DNA from: a virus
Reading direction: 5' to 3' (one strand)
DNA: 64,000 bases
Virus record (IMG/VR): IMGVR_UViG_3300049491_000383
Location: 32,001 to 96,000 of that record
Shown here: piece by piece, positions 1 through 10,253 of the stretch
Layout of the letters: each line of letters opens with the position of its first letter
Numbering within the stretch: the first letter of the stretch is position 1
Program-made: the position numbers and the translations under genes
Notes under the pieces: model-generated
What the model was told of the DNA's origin: nothing
Database searches by the model: none
The model's input: only the letters and a program-made list of their open reading frames with translations

Positions 1-306
1 ACAGTCAACATGATCGACACCCACATCTGTTCCCAGGGATTGAATCATTGCCGTTAATGATGCTTCATCCCAGGTAGACCTATCTTCTTCGAGGGCGAAG
101 GACAAATTTACCTCGTTGGGATTCATAATGTTTACATAGGCGCTGGCTTCAATCTTGTTAAAGATAATTTCGGCCGCAGAGAATGGAACTGGTTGTCCGA
201 AGCTGTTTATCGCACCACTGAAATCAGCACCGCACACAACCCAATGGGACAAGGAACCAGTTAACATCTGGTCATTAAAGACGCCACCGCTCGTTCTAAT
301 TGGCAT
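1..306 (-). CDS. Virion-like protein, 3'-truncated by the window edge; paralog of 405..977
   Basis: ATG at 306 with AAGGA RBS and GATAAATA at 332-339. Translates MPIRTSGGVFNDQMLTG...QPVPFSAAEI, similar to NGGIINDQTLTG...RPVPNSAAAI of the neighbour. Confidence 0.7.
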   Translation of the reverse strand, partial: MPIRTSGGVFNDQMLTGSLSHWVVCGADFSGAINSFGQPVPFSAAEIIFNKIEASAYVNIMNPNEVNLSFALEEDRSTWDEASLTAMIQSLGTDVGVDHVDC

Positions 307-362
307 AAGGGTATTCCTTGATTATTTCTAGTATTTATCAAGAAATCCAGTTCGTGAGATCA

Positions 363-385
363 AAAGAAAAGGGCCCGAAGGCCCT
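363..385 (-). terminator. Rho-independent terminator
   Basis: AGGGCC-TTCG-GGCCCT hairpin plus T-run on the minus strand. Confidence 0.75.
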
Positions 386-404
386 AGACTCGAATTGACT
401 AAAA

Positions 405-977
405 TTAAGCCAATGTGTAGTAAGTTGCTGTTCCTAATGAGAACGAAACCTCAGTAACTGTGCATGCTGCAAAGGATGCTACCACTGGCACCGGTGGTGT
501 CAATGGATTAGGAGCACCTACAGTGATATAAACTGTTGCATTCGGCAATGCCTGTAATGCTGCCTGCATTTCAACTGCTGCGTTTGTTGGCGAAGTTGGA
601 AGCTGTTGTTCGTCGGCGTTTGCTGGAGGAACGCTATACAAAGGTAGATCAGAACCCCAACCAAATGCTGATGCAGATACAGCAATATGAATTTCTGTTG
701 TGGCTCCGTATACGTTTGGCAACAGACCAATGACAACAATGTCAGCTTGTTTGCTAATTTCCTTTAGGGCAATAGCTGCTGCACTGTTTGGAACAGGACG
801 CTTATCACCTACTACAAAATATGTTGTTGTTAAAACTGCGCCACCTTGAACTGTAACAGGCAAGTTGACCGAGCCATCTGAAACTGTCCAAGCAAAAGGG
901 CCTGTAATTTTGAAAAATCTCATGCCACCTGTCAATGTCTGATCATTGATGATGCCACCGTTAACTTGGAATACCAT
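405..977 (-). CDS. Putative virion structural protein
   Basis: Ala/Val/Thr/Pro-rich 190 aa, GGAG RBS, own late promoter (1004-1011) and terminator. Confidence 0.6.
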   Translation of the reverse strand: MVFQVNGGIINDQTLTGGMRFFKITGPFAWTVSDGSVNLPVTVQGGAVLTTTYFVVGDKRPVPNSAAAIALKEISKQADIVVIGLLPNVYGATTEIHIAVSASAFGWGSDLPLYSVPPANADEQQLPTSPTNAAVEMQAALQALPNATVYITVGAPNPLTPPVPVVASFAACTVTEVSFSLGTATYYTLA

Positions 978-1033
978 GTTTGTAATCTCCTACAATGTTG
1001 ATGTATTTATCACTAAACAGAAATTTTAGTCAA

Positions 1034-1060
1034 CAAAAAAGCTCGCAGAGCGAGCTTCTT
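1034..1060. terminator. Rho-independent terminator
   Basis: AAGCTCGC/GCGAGCTT inverted repeat flanked by A/T runs. Confidence 0.7.
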
Positions 1061-1081
1061 GTTTGGTACCTACTAAACGAA

Positions 1082-1678
1082 TTAGTATGGTAGGCCGACT
1101 GGGTAGTAGCCTGGAGTACCAGTTGGGCTGTTGGTAGGTGTTGCACCCGAAGTTGCACCTGGTCCGAAGTCCAAGTCGCCTGCTGCGAATGTTGCTACTG
1201 GCATTGTGCCGTCGAATGCTGCGAATTCCATTGAGAATGTAACTGCGGCTGCTGCGACGCTAACCAATGCGCCAACTACGTTTGTTGGTGCTGCACCAGC
1301 TGTTGTTACAACTGCTTGTGCGCCAAGAACTGGAAGGCCAGTTGCGATCAAACCAGCTGCATCAGAGAACCAACCTTCTGCATAACCAAGCATAACGTCG
1401 ACTGACGATTCTGTTGGGCTAACGACATCCAATTTGCTGATAGCAAGAACTGTCGACTTTGTTTCTAGAGCCTTAAGAGCCTGGACCATTGCGCTTTCAA
1501 CAACTGCGAAAGACGAATCAGCCACAGTACCTGCGCCGGCTGGTGTTAGTGTGCCAAGAACCAATAGGTCAGCTGCTGCAAGAGCAGAGATGTCCTTGTT
1601 GAACTTTAGCTTGATGAATGTAACTTGCTTTTCTACCCAGATACCTGCGTAGGCTGCACCATTTACTTTTGTTGTCAT
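1082..1678 (-). CDS. Putative virion structural protein
   Basis: 198 aa Ala-rich, N-terminal MTTKVNG like its neighbours, late promoter at 1727-1734. Confidence 0.6.
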   Translation of the reverse strand: MTTKVNGAAYAGIWVEKQVTFIKLKFNKDISALAAADLLVLGTLTPAGAGTVADSSFAVVESAMVQALKALETKSTVLAISKLDVVSPTESSVDVMLGYAEGWFSDAAGLIATGLPVLGAQAVVTTAGAAPTNVVGALVSVAAAAVTFSMEFAAFDGTMPVATFAAGDLDFGPGATSGATPTNSPTGTPGYYPVGLPY

Positions 1679-1725
1679 GATAAAAAATCTCCTGAATTTG
1701 TGATGGGGTTATCCCATTCATAAAC

Positions 1726-2610
1726 TTATTTATCATTTGGTGGAAGATATGCGGCAATTTCTGGGGGATATTCGAACAGTTTTCCTTGTGGCCAGTCATA
1801 AAAGTTGCTGGCTGCACGCTTCCAAATGCGTTCCTGATCGGTCATTCCATAGTTACTCTTAACTGCTGCCATCAAAGTTTCAAGACTATTAAGGTCTCCA
1901 ATGTGACTACTGTAAGGAAATAGTACAGTCCTCACCTCATACGGATCTAGGTAGGGTCCATCTAAAACAATATCCTTTTGCTTACGCATCCAGTTACCGT
2001 CTCTATCTTTCTGGCTCAATCTATTTACCTGTATCAATCCATCTTCGCCAAATTTCCAACGAATAACAGATGTGGGGCGATTAAACTGATCCCATGGTTC
2101 AACAATTGTATTTTCTGGTATGGGTCCTGGTTCTACATTTGTTACAGCACAAATTGCTGCAATGAATAGATTTCGATGCGCTCCTTTGTATTCGCTATTT
2201 GCATCGGAATAATGGTAGAACTTCTGCCATTCTACATTACCAAAGTTGAAATCTATTTGAACAAAACCCGTGCGTGGTAATGCTTCCTTATATTCAGCAT
2301 TATATCCAACAATGGGATATCTTAGATGAATCATATTTCCATGGCGCGATACACAATCTTTGCCAAATTCATCCTCAAGCAACTCTCTAAATGCTGCGAT
2401 ACCATCAGTTGGGATTACGACATCAATATCGCCGGAATACTCACGTTTTCCAGTTGAACCAAGTGTGTTTTCGTTCAAGTCAAACGACAACCCAATATCC
2501 TCTGATAGTTTGGTCAGTGTCTTATCAATCTCTGTAGAATGGATTGTGCCACAACCAAAAATGGCTGTTCCTCCCAAGTCAGTGGGAGTGCTGATGTATT
2601 TTAGTTTCAT
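1726..2610 (-). CDS. Pol-beta-superfamily nucleotidyltransferase-like protein
   Basis: hGS-x8-GDID motif (LGSTGKREYSGDIDVVI) and a later VQIDF third aspartate. Confidence 0.65.
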   Translation of the reverse strand: MKLKYISTPTDLGGTAIFGCGTIHSTEIDKTLTKLSEDIGLSFDLNENTLGSTGKREYSGDIDVVIPTDGIAAFRELLEDEFGKDCVSRHGNMIHLRYPIVGYNAEYKEALPRTGFVQIDFNFGNVEWQKFYHYSDANSEYKGAHRNLFIAAICAVTNVEPGPIPENTIVEPWDQFNRPTSVIRWKFGEDGLIQVNRLSQKDRDGNWMRKQKDIVLDGPYLDPYEVRTVLFPYSSHIGDLNSLETLMAAVKSNYGMTDQERIWKRAASNFYDWPQGKLFEYPPEIAAYLPPNDK

Positions 2611-2825
2611 TTGTCAATTATTTGATTTAGACTGATATCAATCTGGTTAAGAAGTGAGCTGTAATGCCTACGTGATCTCATTCCCTGTTGCCAAGATTGT
2701 AATACCTGATTCTTAATTCGTGTAACATTCAAGTCCTGAGGTTTAGCTTTGATGCTATTCATCAGCTTGATAAAACTGTCCGAATTAAGGACGTCGTTTA
2801 ATGTTACAATCTCGTCAAGTCTCAT
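2607..2825 (-). CDS. Hypothetical protein
   Basis: 72 aa, tightly packed in the operon, MRLDEI N-terminus. Confidence 0.6.
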   Translation of the reverse strand: MRLDEIVTLNDVLNSDSFIKLMNSIKAKPQDLNVTRIKNQVLQSWQQGMRSRRHYSSLLNQIDISLNQIIDK

Positions 2826-2826
2826 G

Positions 2827-4227
2827 TCAAATTTCGCCTAACTGTTTTCCTACTAAAATATTCAAAAGATCATTTGTGTCGTTTGCTTGTAACGCGGCAC
2901 TTTGAGCTTCAGTAATTTGTTGAAAAGCCTGTGCAAACGTCTGCTTTGTCCTTTCTTTAATCGCGGCTGACAAGAATCCTCTTGTGCCTGCGGGAAAGTC
3001 GCTCTCTTCTTTCTCATATTTATCTAATTCTCTTTCAAGTTCCTGCTGTCTTACTTCTAATAAGGAAACCCAATATTGACGTACAGTTTCGAAATTTATT
3101 CCACTAGAGAGTGTTGACAATCTCTCTTCTGTGATTGTTCCTGCCTTACGGAGATAATTCTTTGCCTGCATAGTACCTAGTTCTGGATGGCCAATTGATG
3201 TTGCCATATCCAAAAACAACTTACCCATGAAGCTTGATGCACCTTCTGTACTCTTTGCACGCTCAATAAGGGTATTTCTCTTCTTCCATGCCATCTCACG
3301 GATTGTTCCAAAGACATCTTTATCTACAAGTTTAACCATTCTGCCTGTATCTTTGTGACGTAGAACAATACCCTCAATCCATCCGCCATCTTCCACAGGT
3401 GGCCCAAATGAGCTTGCAGTTTCTCTTACAAAGTTATTCAGCAGCACAGTCTTCAATGGAAGGATATGGTCTTTCTCTAGATCGTAGCGAATTTCTTCCT
3501 TACGTTCTTTAAGATATTCCTTTACGTGTTTCCACGTACCTGTGATTACCCATTGAGGAATTTTGTTAAGCGGTGTCTCAAGAATGACGCCTAGAGGCTG
3601 CAGAGTAAATGAATCTTGCATTGCAAGATAACGCTTCATCTCAGCTAGACGACGAGTAATGAGTGCCACATTGTAATTTTTCTCAATGATGGGTACACGG
3701 GCAAACTCCCATGTATTGATCGTCTCCCTCAATGTAATACTTTTTCCATCGTCTGTGAAAGGTGACACAAGGGAGACGGAAACCGCTTGACCATCAAGCT
3801 TCTGCTTCAAACGGTCAATATTCACGGTGCCCTCGGTAGTGCGCAGGAAGATTAGATAGTTTGTATCCGCAGAATATGGGACAACATTTGGAACTTGTCC
3901 ATACAACACTTCTGCCTCAACTTGATCACCGGGTCTCAAACCAGCACCTTTTAAGACAGGCAACATCTGTTCCAATAGCTTGTGTGCGGAACGCATGTAT
4001 GTTGAAGAGAATGTTATGCCATAATCCTCTTCGTTATAAATTCTTGCTCCACCCTTAGTCTCCCGACTGGTGTAGAATCCTTTGCCATCAATGCCAAATA
4101 GAATTTGGGCACCATCAACTTTTTCGGTTATCTCAAAATTGGAGAGATTAGTGAGAATTTCTATAATCTCTCCAACAGGCACATCCTCAATATGCGATAT
4201 ACCTCTCGATACTTCTATTAGATTCAT
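2827..4227 (-). CDS. ATP-dependent ligase-fold (RNA-ligase-like) nucleotidyltransferase
   Basis: Motif I TEKVDG, motif III EAEV, motif IV EGIVL, motif V MVKLVD. Confidence 0.6.
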   Translation of the reverse strand: MNLIEVSRGISHIEDVPVGEIIEILTNLSNFEITEKVDGAQILFGIDGKGFYTSRETKGGARIYNEEDYGITFSSTYMRSAHKLLEQMLPVLKGAGLRPGDQVEAEVLYGQVPNVVPYSADTNYLIFLRTTEGTVNIDRLKQKLDGQAVSVSLVSPFTDDGKSITLRETINTWEFARVPIIEKNYNVALITRRLAEMKRYLAMQDSFTLQPLGVILETPLNKIPQWVITGTWKHVKEYLKERKEEIRYDLEKDHILPLKTVLLNNFVRETASSFGPPVEDGGWIEGIVLRHKDTGRMVKLVDKDVFGTIREMAWKKRNTLIERAKSTEGASSFMGKLFLDMATSIGHPELGTMQAKNYLRKAGTITEERLSTLSSGINFETVRQYWVSLLEVRQQELERELDKYEKEESDFPAGTRGFLSAAIKERTKQTFAQAFQQITEAQSAALQANDTNDLLNILVGKQLGEI

Positions 4228-5492
4228 TTTTTTGTGCGGCCAAGTTGTGTTTGTTCCTGTTGTTTAATAAGGTGCATTCTTTCGGTGCGTTCTTCTTGTA
4301 CCATAAAAGTGAATATTTGTCTAACGTCTTCCGACATTGCTTTTCTCTTATCTAAACCAAGCTCATCTGCAAACTCTTGTTCCAAAAAGGCCCTTAGTTG
4401 CTTAGACAATCCATATTCTTTAGCTAAATCTGCAACTTTCTGCACTGCTGGACTACCTGCCGGTGCATCCGAGATGTCATCGTATTCTTTATCGTCGGTT
4501 TTGAAGACTTGAGCAAATACCTTATTAATTTCCTTTTCGCTATATCCGAATTTTAACAGTATACGCTTAATGTCGTTTGTGTCATCCGAATATCCATCGG
4601 AGCCATCTCCAGAGAGACCGTCGGCCCATGCTTGACGCAAATCTTCGACATCAACTGCGTCTTTCCTTAGACCCTTGAACACCTTTCCTAGGCCAGTCGG
4701 TTTGCTGCGTAGATATGCAGCATCTTTGAAGAGTGCCTCGGCATCTGCACGGTTAATTATAGACTCTGATAGGTTTTCACCGAGCGCTCTCCACAGAGCT
4801 TTTCTTTGCGGTGGAGTCATGATCTCACGCACCATCTGCTTGAGCTTTCTCATGTACTCTTGCTTCTTGGCAATCTTTTCCTCTTCGGATGGCTCTGGCT
4901 CACCTGCTGGTTCTTCTGGTTCAGCCTTAGGTGATAGAAGGATATTGAAGATTTCCTTAATATCAGCTTCCTCAAGCTCTACACCCTGGCGATCATAGAA
5001 ATCTTCACTTAGACGGGTTGGATTCTTACCGGGACCCTTATACTTGAAACGTGGCTTTCTCTTATGTGTAAGAGTTAGTGGATCCGAAGTATCTGTTGGA
5101 TCAATATCTTCTGCATCGTCGTTTGAGTATTTCTTTGGCTTATCCTGAGGTTGCAACGGAGTTGCTGGATTTTGCCTCTCACCCGGGGTTACTTCGTTCT
5201 GAAACCAAGTCGACAAATCACCCTCGGGTTTCTTACCCGGAAGTGCTTTAGGCTCGTCTTGCGGAGCCTTTGTGCCTGCACCCTTCTTGTAGACTACAGT
5301 TCTAATTGCCTTGCGAACATCTTCTTCGTCAAAGTCAGTTTTTAAGTCAAGGAAACGGATTAATTCCTGTACTGTAGGTTTTCTATTGTATTTGAGCTTA
5401 CCGGTCTTTGGATCCGAATTACTATTTGCAATCTGATTGCTCTTTAAGAACTGGATCCATTCCCTAGTAAGTGATGTGAGATTAATTGCCAT
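4224..5492 (-). CDS. Hypothetical protein (possible internal head protein)
   Basis: 422 aa charged ORF with LSE motifs, overlapping its neighbours. Confidence 0.6.
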   Translation of the reverse strand: MAINLTSLTREWIQFLKSNQIANSNSDPKTGKLKYNRKPTVQELIRFLDLKTDFDEEDVRKAIRTVVYKKGAGTKAPQDEPKALPGKKPEGDLSTWFQNEVTPGERQNPATPLQPQDKPKKYSNDDAEDIDPTDTSDPLTLTHKRKPRFKYKGPGKNPTRLSEDFYDRQGVELEEADIKEIFNILLSPKAEPEEPAGEPEPSEEEKIAKKQEYMRKLKQMVREIMTPPQRKALWRALGENLSESIINRADAEALFKDAAYLRSKPTGLGKVFKGLRKDAVDVEDLRQAWADGLSGDGSDGYSDDTNDIKRILLKFGYSEKEINKVFAQVFKTDDKEYDDISDAPAGSPAVQKVADLAKEYGLSKQLRAFLEQEFADELGLDKRKAMSEDVRQIFTFMVQEERTERMHLIKQQEQTQLGRTKK

Positions 5493-5763
5493 CGACGTCT
5501 TCGTCTCCTTCGCAACCTGTTCTAATACGCTTTACCATTCGAGTAAAACGATTAGGATCAGATCCGCGAATGCTAGAGACAAAACGCTTCTTTAATGCTT
5601 CAGCTTCTTCGGCAGTGAACGCTGCATCGATAGATTCTAACAGATTGATAGCCGAAACTATAATATGCTGCGCTCTAGCCTCGATTAGGTCTTCCTTACT
5701 CTTTTGAGGAACGTAAGTGCTAATTTCCTCTAGAATGGACCTGCTTTTGCGATTAATGGACAA
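5482..5763 (-). CDS. Hypothetical protein
   Basis: 93 aa, TTG start with GGAG RBS, late promoter at 5789-5796. Confidence 0.65.
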   Translation of the reverse strand: MSINRKSRSILEEISTYVPQKSKEDLIEARAQHIIVSAINLLESIDAAFTAEEAEALKKRFVSSIRGSDPNRFTRMVKRIRTGCEGDEDVDGN

Positions 5764-5823
5764 GTTATAATCTCCGATTATTTTTCTATATTTATCGATT
5801 AATCAGCTTTATCTGGTATTTTG

Positions 5824-7269
5824 TTACTTACGGTTTCTCTGCATTTCTCTAACTAGAGCCGCACCAGTTAAAACATTAGCTCCTGCAGAAATTTGTGTCG
5901 TAGAAGTAATCTCACCAGATTCTGGATCAACCTTCTCGCCCGACTTTACAACACTACGTTTCTTCAACTGATCATAGATATTCTTAGTTGTCGCAGTCAC
6001 AGCGTTATCTTCGCCTTCTTCGAGGTCAGTAATTCGCAAACTCTTATTATTGAATGCCAGATCAACCTTTGAGCCGACGCCAGAACTTGAACGTGTCTTA
6101 ATGAATTGAATTTGATAGCGACCACCCTCCTTCATCGCAGCACTTGTGAAAATACCCACAACATTATCTGCTGTGTTAACTTTAGAAATACCACCAGCAA
6201 TGTGACTTGGATCGTATTCAATTTCTTCATAAGATCCACGATTCAACTGCGATGCCGAAACAGTAACAGTGTTTAGTTCAACCGCAAGGTTACGCAATTC
6301 TTCAGTGATGTACTTGTCCTTAACAAACAAGTTCTCTGCAGAAATCTTCTTAGACATTGGCATCATCAAATCCAAGTAGTCAACTAGGATACAATCAACC
6401 TTTACCTTTGCGTGAATTTCGTATTCTTTGATGAATGCGCGAATATCATTAGCTGTACACCCGTTAGGTAACTGCTTTACACGAAGTGTACCATGACTTT
6501 TTTGTTGTGATGCCCTTACTCTCATGTGAACATCATCAATGTTACGCATAACCTCACGAGTTTCAAAACCCGTGTGCATTGCATCAATACGCATTGAACA
6601 CAATGCTTCGCTCAATTCGAGTGACAGGTAAACTACGTTCATCCCTGCCTGCGCCCAATTTACTGCAAGGTTCTGCAAGAATAGGGATTTACCTGCACCG
6701 GATTGCCCAGCGAAGATTGTAATTTCACCCTTGTTAAATCCGCCGTAGAGTTTTTCGTCTACTGTTTTCCATCCCGTGGATACCTGCCCTTTACCTTCTC
6801 GAATAGCTTCGAGTCTAGCTTTCGGATTTGCGTAATAATCAGTTCCGAGGTCTTTAACAAGGGCAATCTGAACCGCCGCTTTGATGGTTGCTTCAACTTC
6901 CCCATAACGTCCATTATCCAATAAGTCGGGCGAAGCTAGAATTGCATCACGCAACGCCTTGTGTCTACAAAACTTCTCAAACTCCCTTAAAAACCAATTC
7001 TCATGTGTGGCCGCCTCGACCTCCATGATTTCGATATCTTTCTTTGTGAGTGCCTTAATTTGTGGCAACGACGGAATATCCGAAAAGTCAACACTATAGC
7101 TTTCAATGAAAGCAACAGTATCTCTGTTCTGCTTATCATCAAAATAATCTGACTTTAGAATACCCTTACAACGAATAAAGAGGTCTGGCCTGCTCATCAT
7201 AAAGTTGATGAACAAGTCCTCTACATCTTTGCTGTAGTCGTTTATCTCACTTGCGTTTTCTTCGCTCAT
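5824..7269 (-). CDS. 41: Replicative DnaB-like helicase (T4 gp41-like)
   Basis: Walker A AGQSGAGKS, YLSLEL, VDYLDL, SASQLNR. Confidence 0.92.
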   Translation of the reverse strand: MSEENASEINDYSKDVEDLFINFMMSRPDLFIRCKGILKSDYFDDKQNRDTVAFIESYSVDFSDIPSLPQIKALTKKDIEIMEVEAATHENWFLREFEKFCRHKALRDAILASPDLLDNGRYGEVEATIKAAVQIALVKDLGTDYYANPKARLEAIREGKGQVSTGWKTVDEKLYGGFNKGEITIFAGQSGAGKSLFLQNLAVNWAQAGMNVVYLSLELSEALCSMRIDAMHTGFETREVMRNIDDVHMRVRASQQKSHGTLRVKQLPNGCTANDIRAFIKEYEIHAKVKVDCILVDYLDLMMPMSKKISAENLFVKDKYITEELRNLAVELNTVTVSASQLNRGSYEEIEYDPSHIAGGISKVNTADNVVGIFTSAAMKEGGRYQIQFIKTRSSSGVGSKVDLAFNNKSLRITDLEEGEDNAVTATTKNIYDQLKKRSVVKSGEKVDPESGEITSTTQISAGANVLTGAALVREMQRNRK

Positions 7270-8302
7270 TCTGCTGTATATCCCAGGTTAACTGTATCTT
7301 TTCCTTTCCAGATACTGCGGTAGAAATGATAGAGTGAGTAGTCAAGAGTCTGCCATAAACTTCTGATGCCTTTGCAGCATCTTTAATGTCAGACGGCCAG
7401 CGAGGAAATGCTACTGCCCAATTGTTCTCAATTGCTGCATCAACCAAATCGCCACCACTTTTGTCTCTATCGGGGCACACAATCACCTGCTTCTGCAAAC
7501 GATTGATAATGTCTACCTTTGCTTGTCCAATTTCGCCTAATGTACTTATGCCGTCGACCGACCAGGCATCAAGCACGCCCTCATTGACGAGGACATATTT
7601 ACGTGCCCAACCTTGTTGTGGGTCGAGGTTATAGACAAAGTCCATTGGACATTGCTGATAGTATTTTGGTATTGTTTTGTCGTCGGTATCGTAGCACAAA
7701 CGTGAGGTAAATCCAACGATATTCCGCCTATAATAATAGGGTATGATGAGACGTTGATTCAGATTATGTGTACGGTCTGGACACCAATAAAATTGATCTA
7801 AATCGTAAATGCGTCGTGTCAACGCATAATTGACAACTTTTAGAAACTGTGGATCATCTAATCCGTGTTCGAGCCATTCTGTAATACGCATAGAGTCTTG
7901 TGGCAACTCCATAGGCTTCCATTGCTGGAAAAGCTTCTTAAGCTTGCTCTCTCTATCTTCTGTAACTTGTCCCTCGCGGGTGGTCTCTATCTTATTCTTT
8001 GCCCTGAAGATCTCAAACTCAATTTGCTTGATGAATTCTTCGCCCACATGCAATTGACGTAAGAAGAACTTCATTGACTTAGATAATTCTTTGCCCTCTG
8101 TATAGCCAGCGGTAAACTTGCAATTGAAACAATTGCAAGCTATAGAATCTGAATTAAACTGAATTCCAAAGCGATTGCGTGTATCTTTGCCGTGCCCTTG
8201 GGTGTGGCAAAGCATACAGTGACGTTTATACCAGCCCTTAGGGGCTTGTTTCAACGGACCAATGTTTTGTAGAATTGCGTCTTTGAGTGAGTCAAGGATC
8301 AT
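7247..8302 (-). CDS. 61: DNA primase (T4 gp61-like)
   Basis: Zn finger CMLC...CFNC, TOPRIM EGVLDA and PDRD, KDAA; adjacent to the helicase. Confidence 0.88.
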   Translation of the reverse strand: MILDSLKDAILQNIGPLKQAPKGWYKRHCMLCHTQGHGKDTRNRFGIQFNSDSIACNCFNCKFTAGYTEGKELSKSMKFFLRQLHVGEEFIKQIEFEIFRAKNKIETTREGQVTEDRESKLKKLFQQWKPMELPQDSMRITEWLEHGLDDPQFLKVVNYALTRRIYDLDQFYWCPDRTHNLNQRLIIPYYYRRNIVGFTSRLCYDTDDKTIPKYYQQCPMDFVYNLDPQQGWARKYVLVNEGVLDAWSVDGISTLGEIGQAKVDIINRLQKQVIVCPDRDKSGGDLVDAAIENNWAVAFPRWPSDIKDAAKASEVYGRLLTTHSIISTAVSGKEKIQLTWDIQQNERRKRK

Positions 8303-8333
8303 TGAACAACTATAACAGATTCTCTATCGAAAA

Positions 8334-9206
8334 TCAAGTACGAACAATGAGCTTCTCTAAGACACCAGGATCAAGCACTTGCTGGCTTGGGAAGTATCTA
8401 AACTTCAGCCACATAAAGTTTGCCTGGAACGACCATGCTTGTGTGCCGGTGTAACCAGTAAATGTGATATCCTGTGCCATTGACGATGGATAGATTTTAA
8501 ACCAACGTGCAGAACTTAGGTATGGATCTGGTGTTTCCTCCAGTGATCCCCAAATTTCTAGTATGCCAGTGAAGTTATTTGTAAAGGTTGAAAATGTCTG
8601 AACTGACTCAATGTGGTTCAATACTCTGCCACCCGGAATTCTTGCCGAATAGAAGCAAGGTGCAGGTGCAGTCATTGTACCGACGAGAATGTCAGGTGTC
8701 CAATCTCCTGGAAGAATTGTAACACTTGGTTGCGGTGCTTTGAATGCTTGTTCTGTAATTTCAATTTGCATTGCAACATTGTCATTCATATCACTGTACA
8801 AAGGCTTTTCTACATAGTAGTCAGGTGCATTGGATACAAATTCTTGCGTTCTAATAAGAACAATTTCATACAGACCGGCGTGAACTAAAGCTAAGTCTCC
8901 ACCATCTAATTCTAATGTGATGATACCCTTTGCTGGTCCAAGGCGGCAAAGTTTTTCAAGTACAACTGTTCTGTTTTCCGGATCAATGATCCTTCCGTAG
9001 ACTTGTTGGTCACAAGCAATGTCTTGTGGAACTCTATCTGGGCCCAATACTCGGAAAATAAGCTTGTTATCGATACCCTTGTGTGCTTTCAGTGTTATGT
9101 TATTGTTCATAGGTCCATTATCCTTACAAGAGCAGAAAGTATCACCAACGGCCAACAATTGCCAAACGTGATCATACATATACATTTTATGAAAAGTTAC
9201 ATCCAT
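8334..9206 (-). CDS. Hypothetical (probable virion/baseplate-associated) protein
   Basis: 290 aa beta-rich ORF. Confidence 0.6.
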   Translation of the reverse strand: MDVTFHKMYMYDHVWQLLAVGDTFCSCKDNGPMNNNITLKAHKGIDNKLIFRVLGPDRVPQDIACDQQVYGRIIDPENRTVVLEKLCRLGPAKGIITLELDGGDLALVHAGLYEIVLIRTQEFVSNAPDYYVEKPLYSDMNDNVAMQIEITEQAFKAPQPSVTILPGDWTPDILVGTMTAPAPCFYSARIPGGRVLNHIESVQTFSTFTNNFTGILEIWGSLEETPDPYLSSARWFKIYPSSMAQDITFTGYTGTQAWSFQANFMWLKFRYFPSQQVLDPGVLEKLIVRT

Positions 9207-9220
9207 TTGTGCCTATTTTA

Positions 9221-10168
9221 TCAAACAGTTACCGAAATATATGCTGTCTTGGTGTTATTATATGGTGTTCCGCCAATAGTTGCAGTTAAACTTACTGTAA
9301 AGTTGGTGTTCGATGGGAGACTATTTACAAATGGTACTGTCGGAACAGGTTGTGTTGTATCAGACCACCGAGCAACACCATTTGTAATTTCAAGATCATC
9401 AATTTGCCCAATAAAAAATTCATTTAAGAAGGATTTTCCTAATACAAAATCTGTCGATGATGATGTAGGGATAGCCGACATTAAATCATTACTTACACGA
9501 GTACCATCAACATATAATTTTAATCTTATCTCATCATATGATGCAGAAATATAATGCCAATTTCCATCATTAACTACTACTCCAAAGTTTCGAAACACAG
9601 TTCCATCTCTAATAAATTGCAATTGACCGGCTGATAAACGAATTCCATAGCCGTTTGAGCTAGTTAAGCTCGAAGTAAATAACCCGGCATTTCCTGTCTG
9701 TGATGTCTTAACCCAGAAAGAAAAGGACCACGGTCCCGAATTTAGCTGTAATGCTGATGTTAATGGACATGTAATGAGACCTGTTCCCTGAAATCCTAAT
9801 GCACCAGTTCCAAATTTTGGCGATGAGGTATCAACAGAGGTGCCCGTGCCGGTAACTGTCATAGGATTTGCTACATCACTACTATCAATGATTACAGTAG
9901 ATCCATTTGTACCGTCGCCGTGGAGACCTAATATTACAAGATCCCAATATGGATCCTCAAGGATATATGTATGGGATGGATTCTGCAGAGAACTTGTATT
10001 ACCGTCACCGAAAGTCCAATTCCAGGCGGTTGCACCACCCATAGACAGATCAGTAAAATCTACAGATAATGGAGTAGAACCCGACAATGGTGTTCCAATA
10101 AAATCAGAAAATATATTTATAGATGAAATCTTAAGACCCGAGAGATTTACCGATGATAATTTAGTCAT
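9221..10168 (-). CDS. PKD-domain + LamG/concanavalin-A-like protein
   Basis: PKD signature PLSVDFTDLS..WNWTFGDGNTSSLQNPSHTY; LamG signature WSFSFWVK, DGNWHYI, LYVDG, GQIDDLEI. Confidence 0.8.
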   Translation of the reverse strand: MTKLSSVNLSGLKISSINIFSDFIGTPLSGSTPLSVDFTDLSMGGATAWNWTFGDGNTSSLQNPSHTYILEDPYWDLVILGLHGDGTNGSTVIIDSSDVANPMTVTGTGTSVDTSSPKFGTGALGFQGTGLITCPLTSALQLNSGPWSFSFWVKTSQTGNAGLFTSSLTSSNGYGIRLSAGQLQFIRDGTVFRNFGVVVNDGNWHYISASYDEIRLKLYVDGTRVSNDLMSAIPTSSSTDFVLGKSFLNEFFIGQIDDLEITNGVARWSDTTQPVPTVPFVNSLPSNTNFTVSLTATIGGTPYNNTKTAYISVTV

Positions 10169-10253
10169 GAAACTTCCTTATAGTTTCACATATTTATCAC
10201 AGCAAGCACCAAAAAAAGTTTTATCCTTTGCTAAGATACATAAATAACATCGT

